Positions 47,433-64,000 of a DNA stretch of 64,000 nt are shown piece after piece. Both the position numbers and the translations under genes were made by a program. The notes beneath the pieces are model-generated. The model worked only from the letters and a program-made list of their open reading frames with translations, ran no database searches and was not told the origin of the DNA. Numbering within the stretch: the stretch's first letter is position 1; each line of letters begins with the position of its first letter. The DNA is taken from assembly GCF_009914755.1 (NCBI RefSeq), contig NC_060926.1, one strand, 5' to 3'. Source of the DNA: the human T2T-CHM13v2.0 reference genome, Homo sapiens.

Positions 47433-47767
47433 GGCTGAGTGTGGTGGCTCAAGCCTATCATCTCAGCACTTTGGGAGGCCGAGGCAGGTGGATCACCTGA
47501 GGTCAGGTGTTCAAGACCAGCCTGGCCAACATGGCGAAATCCCATCTCTACTAAAAATACAAAAAAATTAGCCAAAATACAAAAAATTAGCCCAGCATGG
47601 TGACGGTGCCTGTAGTCCCAGCTACTCGGGAGGCTGAGACTGGAGAATCGCTTGAACCTGGGAGTCAGAGGTTGCAGTGAGCCGAGATTGCGCCACTGCA
47701 CTCTAGCCTGGGTGACAGAGCGAGACTTAAGTGCTGGGATTACAGGCGTGAGCCACCATGCCCAGCC
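47433..47767 (+). mobile_element. Tail-less AluS fused to 39 nt of an inverted Alu 5' end
   Basis: Sense dimer 47433-47728, antisense head 47729-47767, shared flanking repeat AAAGTTGTTTTT (47421-47432 / 47770-47781). Confidence 0.88.
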
Positions 47768-48472
47768 ACAAAGTTGTTTTTAACATAGGATGAGCATGGT
47801 TTGCTAGAAGAAATGGCAGCTTCCAGAGAAAAAGACATTGATGAAGCTAATCCAAAGTCTATCATAACGGCATTGTTAGAAACATGCTCTAAGGTAGCAA
47901 TGCTAAGGATTGTGAGAGTCCGGGGAACCAGAGGAGCATGTTATAAAAACAAGAGCTCGTTTCCCTAGACATACACATACACACAACATTTTCCATACAA
48001 TTTTAGGGGTTCTGAATGTGATGGCTGCTCTTCGACACAAAATATATGCACAATTAATTCCCCAGGTTATCTAGGGAAAATATAAAATAATGTAAGAAAA
48101 TAATACCTATAAAAGCAACATCATAATTCCTGTAAATAATGAGCATTCCCTAAATTCTCTGAATTTAATGCAAAGTCTGATTAATTTGGTTCATAGTAAT
48201 TTTTGTCTTCAAGTAGAGAATCCATACCCACTCTGCTTAATAGCCTCTATTCTATAAATTGGCCACAGGATGTCACTGTTGTTCTAAGGAAAAACTTGAA
48301 CAGCCTACCACTCCCACAACTTCCACCTCCCACCCCTACCCCCACCCACAGTTCCCAACCTCCTTAATATAAAAGGACTAAGTAATGCCTGGGTGATGAG
48401 GAAGGGAGTGAATGAGAACATTACCTTTGCATCCCAAGAGCTTTGTTTTAGGGAAAAAAAAAAAAAAAAAAA

Positions 48473-48770
48473 AGGCCAGGCACAGTAGCTCATGCCTATA
48501 ATCCCAGCTCTTTGAGAGGACCAGGCGGGAGGATCACTTGAACCCAGGAGTTGGAGACCACCCTAGCAACATATTCAGATCCTCTCTACAAAAAAATTAA
48601 AAATTAGCCAGGTGTGGTGTCATGCACCTGTAGTCCCAGCTACTCAGGAGGCTGAGATGGGAGGATTGCTTAAACCCACAAAAATCAAGGCTTCAGTGAG
48701 TCATGATGGCCTCCACTGCACTCCAGCCTCGATGACAGGGCAAGACCTTGTCTCAAAATAATAATAATAA
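48473..48770 (+). mobile_element. AluJ; its tail hosts the full-length L1
   Basis: Diverged dimer, (AAT)n tail. Confidence 0.9.
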
Positions 48771-48968
48771 ATATAAAATGGGGGTGGAGCCAAGATGGCC
48801 GAACAGGAACAGCTCCAGTCTACAGCTCCAAGCATGAGCGATGCAGAAGATGGGTGATTTCTGCATTTCCAACTGAGGTACCGGGTTCATCTCACTGAGG
48901 AGTACCGGACAGTGGGTGCAGGATAGTGGGTGCAGCGCACCAAGCATGAGCCGAAGCAGGGCGAGGCA

Positions 48969-49232
48969 TCACCTCACCTGGTAAGCGCAAGGGGTCAGGG
49001 AATTCCCTTTCCTAGTCAAAGAAAGGGGTGACAGATGGCACCTGCAAAATCGGGTCAGTCCCACCCTAATACTGCGCTTTTCCAACAGGCTTAACAAACA
49101 GCACACCAGGAGATTATATCCTGCACCTGGCTCAGAGGGTCCTAAGCCCACGGAGCCTCGCTCATTGCTAGCACAACAGTCTGAGATCAAACTGCAAGGC
49201 AGCAGCGAGGCTGGGGGAGGGGCGCCTGCCAT
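48969..49232 (-). CDS. L1 ORF0 (antisense 5'UTR ORF), open, 87 aa
   Basis: MAGAPPPASLLPCSLISDCCASNERGSVG..; GCTATGG Kozak; donors 106 and 191 nt after ATG, as described for ORF0. Confidence 0.7.
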   Translation of the reverse strand: MAGAPPPASLLPCSLISDCCASNERGSVGLGPSEPGAGYNLLVCCLLSLLEKRSIRVGLTRFCRCHLSPLSLTRKGNSLTPCAYQVR

Positions 49233-49805
49233 AGCTGAGGCTTGAGTAGGTAAACAAAGCAGCTGGGAAGCTCGAACTGGGTGGAGCCCACCACAGCTCA
49301 AGGAGGCCTGTCTGCCGATGTAGGCTCCACCTCTGGGGGCAGGGCACAGACAAACCAAAGGCAGCAGTAACCTCTGCAGACTTAAATGTCCCTGTCTGAC
49401 AGCTTTGAAGAGAGTAGTGGTTCTCCCAGCACGCAGCTTGAGATCTGAGAATGGGCAGACAGCCTCCTCAAGTGGGTCCCTGACCCCAAGTAGCCTAACT
49501 GGGAGGCACCGCCCAGTAGGGGCGGACTGACATCTCACATGGCCAAATACTCCTCTGAGACAAAACTTCCAGAGGAACGATCAGGCAGCAGCATTTGCGG
49601 TTCACCAATATCCGCTGTTCTGCAGCCACTGCTGCTGATACCCAGGTAAACAGGGTCTGGAGTGGACCTCCAGAAAACTCCAACAGACCTGCAGCTCAGG
49701 GTCCTGACTGTTAGAAGGAAAACTAACAAACAGAAAGGACATTCACACCAAAACCCATTTGTACGTCTCCATCATCAAAGGCCAAAGGTAGATAAAACCA
49801 CAAAG

Positions 49806-50820
49806 ATGCGGACAAAACAGAACAGAAAAACCAGAAACTCTAAAAATCAGAGTGCCTCTCCTCCTCCAAAGGAACGCAGCTCCTTACCAGCAATGAAACA
49901 AAGCTGGATGGAGAATGACTTTGACAAGTTGAGAGAGGAAGGCTTCAGAAGATCAAACTACTCCGAGCTAAAGGAGGAAATTCAAACCAATGGCAAAGAA
50001 GTTAAAAACCTTGAAAAAAAATTAGACAAATGGCTAACTAGAATCACCAATGCAGAGAAGTCCTTAAAGGAACTGATGGGGCTGAAAACCACGGCACGAG
50101 AACTACGTAACAAATGCACAAGCCTCAGTAGCCAATGTGATCAACTGGAAGAAAGGGTATCAGCAATGGAAGATGAAACGAATGAAATGAAGCAAGAAGA
50201 GAAGTTTAGAGAAAAAAGAATAAAAAGAAAAAAACAAAGCCTCCAAGAAATATGGGACTATGTGAAAAGACCAAATCTACGTCTGATTGGTATACCTGAA
50301 AGTGACAGGGAGAATGGAACCAAGTTGGAAAACACTCTGCAGGATATTATCCAGGAGAACTTCCCCAATCTAGCAAGGCAGGCCAACATTCACATTCAGG
50401 AAATACAGAGAACACCACAAAGATACTCCTCGAGAAGAGCAACTCCAAGACACATAATTGTCAGATTCAACAAAGTTGAAATGAAGGAAAAAATGTTAAG
50501 GGCAGCCAGAGAGAAAGGTCAGGTTACCCACAAATGGAAGCCCATCAGACTAACAGCTGATCTCTCAGTAGAAACTCTACAAGCCAGAAGAGAGTGGGGG
50601 CCAATATTCAACATTCTTAAAGAAAGAATTTACAACCCAGAATTTCATATCCAGCCAAACTCAGCTTCATAAGTGAAGGACAAATAAAATACTTTACAGA
50701 CAAGCAAATGCTGAGAGATTTTGTCACCACCAGGCCTGCCCTAAAAGAGCTCCTGAAGGAAGCACAAACATGGAAAGGAACAACCGGTACCAGGCACTGC
50801 AAAAACATGCCAAATTGTAA
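49806..50820 (+). pseudogene. L1 ORF1, frameshifted near C-terminus
   Basis: ATG 49806, ORF1p sequence to ..FNILKE, single-base deletions at ~50622 and ~50765, TAA 50818-50820. Confidence 0.92.
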
Positions 50821-50883
50821 AGACCATCAAGGCTAGGAAGAAACTGCATCAACTAACGAGCAAAATAACCAGCTAACATCATA

Positions 50884-54713
<3,830 letters not shown>

Positions 54714-55469
54714 ACAATGAGAACACATGGACACAGGAAGGGGAACATCACACAATGGGGACTGTTGTGGGGTGGGGGTAGGGGAGAGAGATAGCATTAG
54801 GAGATATACCTAATGCTAAATGATGAGTTAATGGGTGCAGCACACCAACATGGCACATGTATACATATGTAACAAACTTGCACGTTGTGCACATGTACCC
54901 TAAAACTTAAAGTATAATAATAAAATAAAAAATAAATAAATGTAATAGTAACATAATACATTCCATCTGTATATTCTACAAAAAATACTGCACCAACATA
55001 ATCTTTCAGAGATGCCCTTTATGTAAAAAGCACTCTTTGGGTTCCAATACCTCCTCCTAACCCAGAAGATCCACAGAAAGTCTCAACCATTCATTTACTG
55101 ATTCATTAAAGATGTTTTGAACACCCACTATGTGATAGGCACTGTGCATGTCACAGTTTGCCAGGAGATTTAGCCATATCTGGTCACTCTCACAATAGCT
55201 CTGCATAATTAGTCCCCAGCTTACGGTGGCAATAGCATAGGGATTTGGTTCAGAGTCCCTAGAGAGAACCTGGTCACCCCAAACGGACTCTTGTAGTTAC
55301 TCGACCTGAAAAATGTCATAATAATCCTATATCTTACAGTGCTGCCTGGGGTAATATTCATCCATCACTGCTAAGGTGGGCAGCAGTCACCTGTAAAATG
55401 TCCACCTGGCCCCGTGGCTTCTCCCTTCTGGGCACCACCAAAGTCACATCAAGATTCACATGATCGGTT

Positions 55470-55760
55470 TTGTTTCATAACAGTGTTTTTGAGATATAAT
55501 TCACATGCCATAAAATTCACCCTTTAAAAGTAGAGAAGTCAGTAGTTTTTAGCATATTCAGAGTTGTACAATCATTGTCATTATCTAAATCTAGAACATT
55601 TTCATTACCCCAATAAGAACCCCCATACCAACTATCCCAATAAGAAACCCCATATCCTATTCTCGCCCTTTATCCAACCCCTAACTACCACCAGTCTACT
55701 TTCTGTCTGTGTGGATGTGCTTATTCTGGCCTGATATAAATGGAATCATACAACATAAAC
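55470..55760 (-). mobile_element. L1MB 3' end
   Basis: TTGAGATATAATTCACATGCCATAAAATTCACCCTTTAAAAG.. antisense terminus. Confidence 0.8.
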
Positions 55761-55769
55761 TGGTACTTA

Positions 55770-56078
<309 letters not shown>

Positions 56079-56766
56079 ACTCAGCATAAACTGTTTTTAA
56101 ATGACAAGGGGAAGTAATTCTGTCACGTATTTCAGGAATTCTGTCATAAGTGCCATGGCTTGATAGGGTGGGTTTCTGCTTCCAGAAAAGGGCTTCCAGA
56201 GTAGGACCTAACATATAGATCTATAAATCCTTATAATATAAATCATGAACTATCTTGGGGGAGTATTTTTTAACTTTGCTAAACAATACAGCCAAATTGA
56301 AGTGAAGTTGGTTTTGCTCAGGACAAAAGTGGCTGAAATTAATCATCTGCTAAAATCATTTTTAAAGTATATTCTGCAAGATTGTGGAGTCCGGGTACAG
56401 TGCTTGTATCTATTATTTTATATTCTAAAGTAGGAGACAAGAAAAATGAACTATAAGCTTCTGCTAGTCTACCTTAATTAATCATTAAATAAACTTCCAA
56501 ATCCCACACGCAGGTACACAGAGTGAGGTGAACTGACAATAACCCAGTAACCAGCCTGGGGCTGGAGAATAACATCTACAGGGAGAACTCACACCAGCCA
56601 TTGGACTAGCCATCTTCCTCCCACCAATTCCATGAGGTAGGTACTATTAAAATGAAAAAAAAAAGAAAAAAAAAAAGAGACTCAGGGGGATTCAATAACT
56701 TAACCAAGGGAGATTGCATCCCTGGCATGTGGAAGTGTTAAGTAACGATTAAAAGCACAGAATCAG

Positions 56767-57124
<358 letters not shown>

Positions 57125-57889
57125 TCAGTACGCAGGCCTAAGACAGTGAGTACATTGGTGATGCCACCCTGTTCACACTTCAGGCAATGTCTTCTGCATC
57201 TTGTTTCCTCCATCCAGTAAACACAAGTACCATAGCTCCCACATGCATTGTAATACATGCATTACAAGGATGGGGGAGAAGGGTTTGAAGAGCTACTGCC
57301 TCCTGCAGCAGCTCCATTACGTCACTGTAGATACAGACTAATGAAGTTTCTCTGCTGTTTTCTTAAAAAGGAAAGTAAAACCAGGTCAACGAAGTGATAA
57401 CAAGAACTAATGACCAGTAAGGTGTTTCCTGCCCATATCCCAAGGCAATAAGGGCAATTAAACTGATTTATGGCAACAATAATAATGATGCTACTGTTAT
57501 CACAACTGACTTTGTCAGCAATGTCTTTATTTTTAAAAGACTAAGTCCTTTCAGTCCTACAAGTCTGCCTAGATTTCTGGGTGAAGGAACTCCAGGAGGG
57601 GGGAAAAAAAGCTGTTCCCTAAAACAAAGAAAGGACAAACTTGACTTTCAAGTTTTCTTAATAAAATATGCTGTCTCTATATTTGCATAACTTCCCGTAT
57701 GCCTCCTTTGAATTGTTTTGGAGAAGAATCAATAGTCAATAAAAGAAATCCTTGCTATTTGTGACCTTGGAGCTGTGGGTTGAACACATAAGTAGAAGCT
57801 CATTAACATTCCAATACCTAAAATTTGAAGCACCTGTGTATTTGAAATCTCTGTTGTTTCTCCCAATATCTAGGGCATCTGTCTGTTTA

Positions 57890-58035
57890 TTGCAGAAAGC
57901 GTCAACCTTTGCTATTCAGTAGAATCACATATGGAGTTTTTAAAAACCATTAGTCCCCAGGTTATGTCCCTAGAGACTCTGATTCCATTGATCTGGAATG
58001 CAACCTGGGCATCAAGAATTTCAAAGACTCCAGAG
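57890..58035. mobile_element. MER5A-like hAT fossil
   Basis: AGAATCACATATGGAG..AGAGACTCTGATTCCATTGATCTGG..CCTGGGCATC. Confidence 0.6.
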
Positions 58036-58320
58036 TTATAGACAACCAAATATGGAAGTTGGTACTTAGTTGGCAGTCACATGGGTCTCTGGTCCTTCCT
58101 CAGTTTCAGTGGTTCTGGAGGATGGCTCCTTACATTTTGAGGTCTCCTTTGAAGTCCCTTCACTACCAAGTAAATTTTAATTTTCAGTATGGCCCATTGT
58201 CCATAAATGTCAGACCATGCCAACCTGAGCCTTCAGGACAGGTCTCCTAAATGGACATGAATTAGTGAGAGTTACCTTTCTCACAATCTCAACAGAAATA
58301 AACCCTGATAGATACCCAAG

Positions 58321-58658
58321 TGTATCAGTTCATACTACATCAAATTACCATAGACTGGGTGGGTTAAACAGCAAAGATTTATTTCTCACAGTTCTAAAGA
58401 CTGGGAAGTCCAAGTCTGGTGAGGTCTCACTTCCCAGTTTCCAGACAGCCATTTTCTCCTTATACCCTCACATGCTGAGAGAGAAAGCTCTGGTCCCTTC
58501 ATCACCTTATAACAGCATTAACCCCATCCATGAGGGCTCCATCCCTTGACGCAATTACTTCTCAAAGATCTCACCTCCCAATACCATCACATTAAGGATT
58601 AAGATGTCAACATATGAATTTGGTTGGGGGTTCATTTGGGGAACATTTTGTCATAACA
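58321..58658 (-). mobile_element. MaLR solo LTR (MLT1A-like)
   Basis: TGT..ACA ends; ATTTATTTCTCACAGTTCT..CATGAGGGCTCCA..AATACCATCACATT motifs. Confidence 0.8.
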
Positions 58659-59858
58659 CCCAGTAACAGAGATTAGCTGAATGAAGAAATAGTTTGAGTA
58701 TAAACTTACAAAAAAAACTTAGTTCTGGTAATGTGCCTGTTTAAAAATTATAATGTTATGTTCAATTCTGTTGTTTTTCTTCTGTATACAATAAGCTAGA
58801 ATTGTTACTTCAGTATAGTATGAAATACATAGTATGATTAAATTTTGTAATTTAGCTGTAAAGTGGTGTACTTTTTTTACTGTCACAGGAAGACTGAAAT
58901 CAAATGGAAACTACCAACCAAAAAAAGAACATCTTATAAGATGATTGGACCAATGAGAAAGAATACTGAATTTAGCATAAAATTATTTCCACTTCACACA
59001 GACATTTATGAAGCATCTACTAGGTGGCTGGCACTGTGCTAAGGACTCAAGATTCAAAAATGCATTGCTTAGGGCTGACCATCTAGTGAGAGAACAGATC
59101 GTTTCAATACACTGTGATCAGTGCTCCACTAGAAAGGAACAACAGAGCAGGAACCTTGACCTCAAAAAGGAGAATAGTGAAGGGGTAGGGAAACCTAATG
59201 AAGGAAATGTCTTTGCTATATTTTAAAAGATTGTTATCCACGTGCAGTGAATAGTTTAGGTGTTTAGGGGATAGAGCCTCAGTTAAAGAATGCTCCAGCT
59301 TCCTCCAGGTTCTGAACCAGCTCAGAAGTGAACTCAGCTAGGGATCAAACTAGAGATCAAAATCTCAGCTTTATTATTGTTACCTTTGCATTAATCTAAG
59401 AGGAAGGGTGGCTTTGCCAGGAGAGGAGGGAACAGTGATGGGGGAATCCTGTGGTTTTTGGCTCCCTATCACAGTGTGCTTTCTGGAATCTACAGTTATA
59501 TAAACAGAGGAGTTTGCTAAATATGTTCAAATTACTCATTATTGTTCACTGAGTGAGGCAGCTGCGTCAGCGTCCTTAAAAGACCTATGAGGAGAATATA
59601 CTTTTAGTTCTCACAAATTGTAATTGGAAAAAAAAAACTTCTTTGTTTTTATTTGAACTTATATCAGAGTCAATTCTAAGTTGTATAATCTATTTGGCAC
59701 ACACTGATTTATGGACACTCATATTTATTATCAAACTTGGTCCTAAAAGCTAAATGGGAGATGTCTGGACTAGCTTCTTATAGAGCATAGAGACCGCACA
59801 ATCACACAATAAATTTTTTAAAAAGTATTACTGCAGGGTTTATTTTGAAATTTATGTG

Positions 59859-59911
<53 letters not shown>

Positions 59912-59931
59912 ATACACATACACATACACAT
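59859..59931. repeat. Compound (TA)n(CA)n(CATACA)n microsatellite
   Basis: Directly visible. Confidence 0.95.
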
Positions 59932-61308
59932 GTATATAATACTGATCTCTATCAACCACCATGTAAATTTTTGTGGAGGGCAAGTTAGACCCAAAGGTAA
60001 TCAAAGCCACAGTAAAGCCACCTCTACTAGATTATCTAAAATTAGGAGCCATGAAATTTAGTCCCTCCTTCTGATTTCTACCTGGGAAGAAACAGTCACA
60101 CAAAACCTTCATGTTTATAGTAGATTTTACCTAAAGTCTTGTGAGATAAATGGAGTTTACATCACAATCCAACAGGTAATTTAAAACTGAGAATTAGATG
60201 CCCATGCCATTGAAATGACCTTCTGCCATGTATTGAAGTTGTCATTTCTATAATACTTTCAAACCTCCCACCAGGTTTCTCAGCGCTCCTCTCCCTTCCC
60301 CCACCCCCCTCAAAATGTGAGTATCCTAAAGTTATCTATAAAAGCTGATGGCCTTCCAGAAAGCATTTTTCATGCTATTTATTTTTTATTAGTACACGTA
60401 ATAACATTACAGCTTACAAAATGGATTTTCTAAGCTTTACTAGTTATGTTATAATCAGTAGATACTAAAAATTCCAAGAAATAAAAAACTTTTTTCTTCT
60501 TTCTATAACCTCTCTGATCGCTAAAACTTAACCTGATGGTTAATGTACTGTAAATAGTTACAACATCATCAGATTGTTTTTGTGTTTTGGATTTGCATGA
60601 AAGAACAATAATGATGAAACCCATTCCATTCATCATGTTTGTGTTTAATACTGTGAGGAGCTGTACTTTTTATCAGCTCATTGAGCACTGAAGCTCAATT
60701 TTAGAGTACAGACCACACTGTCAGACAAAATCATAACCTTTTAAGTGTATTGCTACATACTATTAATGGCATTCTATTAAAATAACTTTGGGCATCAGAG
60801 TAGATCAAACTACTTTGCAGGTATGGGCTGAAAATGTTTATAAAATGTTTTATTAAAATGATTAATCATGGAATGTAAATAATTACAGATATTTTCATTG
60901 TTCTTTTTATACAGAAGATACACAGAAACTATGATGTAGATTAACTTAGATCAAGGCCATGCTACGTGTATAATACAGTGGTATTATGATATGGATATAA
61001 ATGACTGCACTTAGTTTTGGTAGAGTGGTTGCCACGGAAATGTTTATCATTTTGTCAGTGAAGGTCAACACATGAAGGCCTGCTCATTTTTTAAGTGGAG
61101 CTTGAGGTAACTTTATAAATGTGAATTTAAAAGACAACTTGATGGTCTGATGGGTTTAGATTGGGGAGGAGGATGTATGCAGCAGAGAAGAGCATAAGGA
61201 AAGCACAAGGCACATACTGGGAATCAGGTTTAATAGTTCAGGATACCTGCCCATTGTTAAATACTGAAATGCAAGGCTAGAATTCCGGGGTAACCTGGCT
61301 TGATAATT

Positions 61309-64000
61309 TTATATATATTTATATTTATATTTATATATAAATATATATTTATATTTAATATATATTATATATAAATATATTTATATATAATATATATTAT
61401 ATATAAATATATTTATATATAAATATATTACATAAATATATTTATATATAATATATATTTAATATAAATATCTTTATATTTAATATATATTTAATATAAA
61501 TATCTTTATATTTAATATATATTGATATATAAATATATATTTATATTTAATATATATTAATATTTAATATACCTTTATATTTAATATATATTTATATATA
61601 AATATATTTATATTAACATATATTTATATTTAATATATTTACATATAAATATATTTATATTTAATATATTTACATATAAATATATTTATATTTAATATAT
61701 ATATGTAAATATATTTATATTTAATAATATTTATATATAAATATATTTATATTTAATAATATTTATATATAAATATATTTATATTTAATATATATAAATA
61801 TATTTATATTTAATATATATTAAATATATATTTATATTTAATATATATTAATATTTAATATATATTTATATTTAATATATATTATATAAAAACATATATT
61901 TATATTTAATATATATTATATATAAACATATATTTATATTTAATATATATTATATATAAACATATATTTATATTTAATATATATTATATATAAACATATA
62001 TTTATATTTAATATATATTTATATTAAATATATATTTATATTTAATATATATTTATATTAAATATATATTTATATTTAATATATATTTATATTAAATATA
62101 TATTTATATTTAATATATATTTATATTAAATATATATTTATATTTAATATATATTTATATTAAATATATATTTATATTTAATATATATTTATATTAAATA
62201 TATATTTATATTTAATATATTTATATTTAATATATATTTATATTAAATATATATTTATATTAAATATATTTATATTAAATATATATTTATATTAAATATA
62301 TTTATATTAAATATATATTTATATTAAATATATTTATATTAAATATATATTTATATTAAATATATATTAAATATTTAATATATATGTATATTTAATATAC
62401 ACATATATATTTATATTTAATATACACATATATATTTATATTTAATATATAAATTTATATTTATATTTAATATATACATATATATTTATATTTAATATAT
62501 ACATATATATTTATATTTAATATATACATATATATTTATATTTAATATATAAATTTATATTTTATATATATAAAAATATATATTTATATTTAATATATAT
62601 AAATATATATTTATATTTAATATATATTTATATTGAATATATACATAAATATATATTTATATTTAATATATATATTTATATTTAATATATAAACATATAT
62701 TTATATTTATATATTAAATATATATTTATATTTAATATATATAAATATATATTTATATTTAATATATATAAATATATATTTATATTTAATATATTTATAT
62801 ATACTAATATATTTATATTTAATATATTTATATATAGATATATTTATATTTAATATATTTATGTGTATTAATATATTTATATTTAATATATTTATATATT
62901 TATATATTTATATTTTATATTTATATATTAATATATTTATATTTTATATTTATATTTTATATATTTATATATTAATATATTTATATTTATATATATTTTT
63001 ATATATTAATAAATTTATATTTTATACATTTATATATTAATAAATTTATATTTTATACAGTCATATAAATATATTTATATTTTATACAGTCATATAAATA
63101 TATTTATATTTTATAGTTATATAAATATATTTATATTTTATAGTTATATAAATATATTTATATTTTATACAGTTATATAAATATATTTATATTTTATACA
63201 GTTATATAAATATATTTATATTTTATACAGTTATATAAATATATTTATATTTTATACAGTTATATAAATATATTTATATTTTATACAGTTATATAAATAT
63301 ATTTATATTTTATACAGTTATATAAATATATTTATATTTTATACAGTTATATAAATATATTTATATTTTATACAGTTATATAAATACATTTATATTTTAT
63401 ACAGTTATATAAATACATTTATATTTTTTACAGTTATATAAATATATTTATATTTTATACAGTTATATAAATATATTTATATTTTATACAGTTATATAAA
63501 TATATTTATATTTTATACAGTTATATAAATATATTTATGTTTTATACATTTATATAAATATATTTATATTTTATACATTTGTATTTAATATATATTTATA
63601 TATAAATATATATTTATATTTAATGTATATTTATATATAAATATATATTTATATTTAATATATATTTATATATAAATATATATTTATATTTAATATATAT
63701 TTATATATAAATATATATTGATATTTAATATATATTTATATATAAATATATATTGATATTTAATATGTTTATATATAAATATATATTTATATATAAATAT
63801 ATATTGATATTTAATATGTTTATATATAAATATATATTTATATTTAATATATATGTTTATATATAAATATATATTTATATTTAATATATATTTACATATA
63901 AATATATATTTATATTTGATATATATTTACATATAAATATATATTTATATTTGATATATATTTATATTTGATATATATTTTATATATATTAATATATTTA
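61309..64000. repeat. Long AT-rich compound minisatellite (17/34-bp and 29-bp sub-arrays), continues past window end
   Basis: Almost only A/T; ~19 copies of TATTTATATTTTATACAGTTATATAAATA and variants at ~63035-63580; 34-bp period at ~61900-62220. Confidence 0.97.

Noticed and set aside
63035-63580. Regular 29-bp repeats suggesting a CRISPR-like array
   Set aside because: Head-to-tail tandem units with no unique spacers; eukaryotic context
61309-64000. Identification as FRA10B, FRA16B or a named PATRR
   Set aside because: Units do not match the FRA16B 33-mer as I recall it, no single long symmetry centre is visible, and the locus cannot be mapped without a search

Overview
Primate (human-like) euchromatic DNA, roughly 60% interspersed repeats by eye. 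It holds about 30 Alu/FLAM/FAM SINEs, five large L1 insertions (one full-length but disabled L1PA, one twin-primed L1PA, an L1MA with a perfect 14-bp TSD), HAL1, ERV1/MaLR solo LTRs and MIR/L2/CR1/hAT fossils. It ends in a >=2.7-kb, almost pure A/T compound minisatellite built from palindromic units. There is no intact cellular protein-coding gene; nearly all long ORFs in the track are L1 or Alu frames. The main non-repeat signal is a chain of about 11 minus-strand exon-like blocks between ~17.7 kb and ~8.2 kb. They have canonical AG/GT boundaries, mostly compatible phases and helical-looking translations broken by stops, consistent with a decayed multi-exon (possibly unitary) pseudogene. A promoter-like CpG-rich patch lies at ~22.3-23.1 kb, and an L1 antisense promoter/ORF0 at ~49 kb points towards the exon chain. 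Locus identity and repeat subfamilies were judged by eye and are not database-confirmed; most repeat boundaries are approximate.
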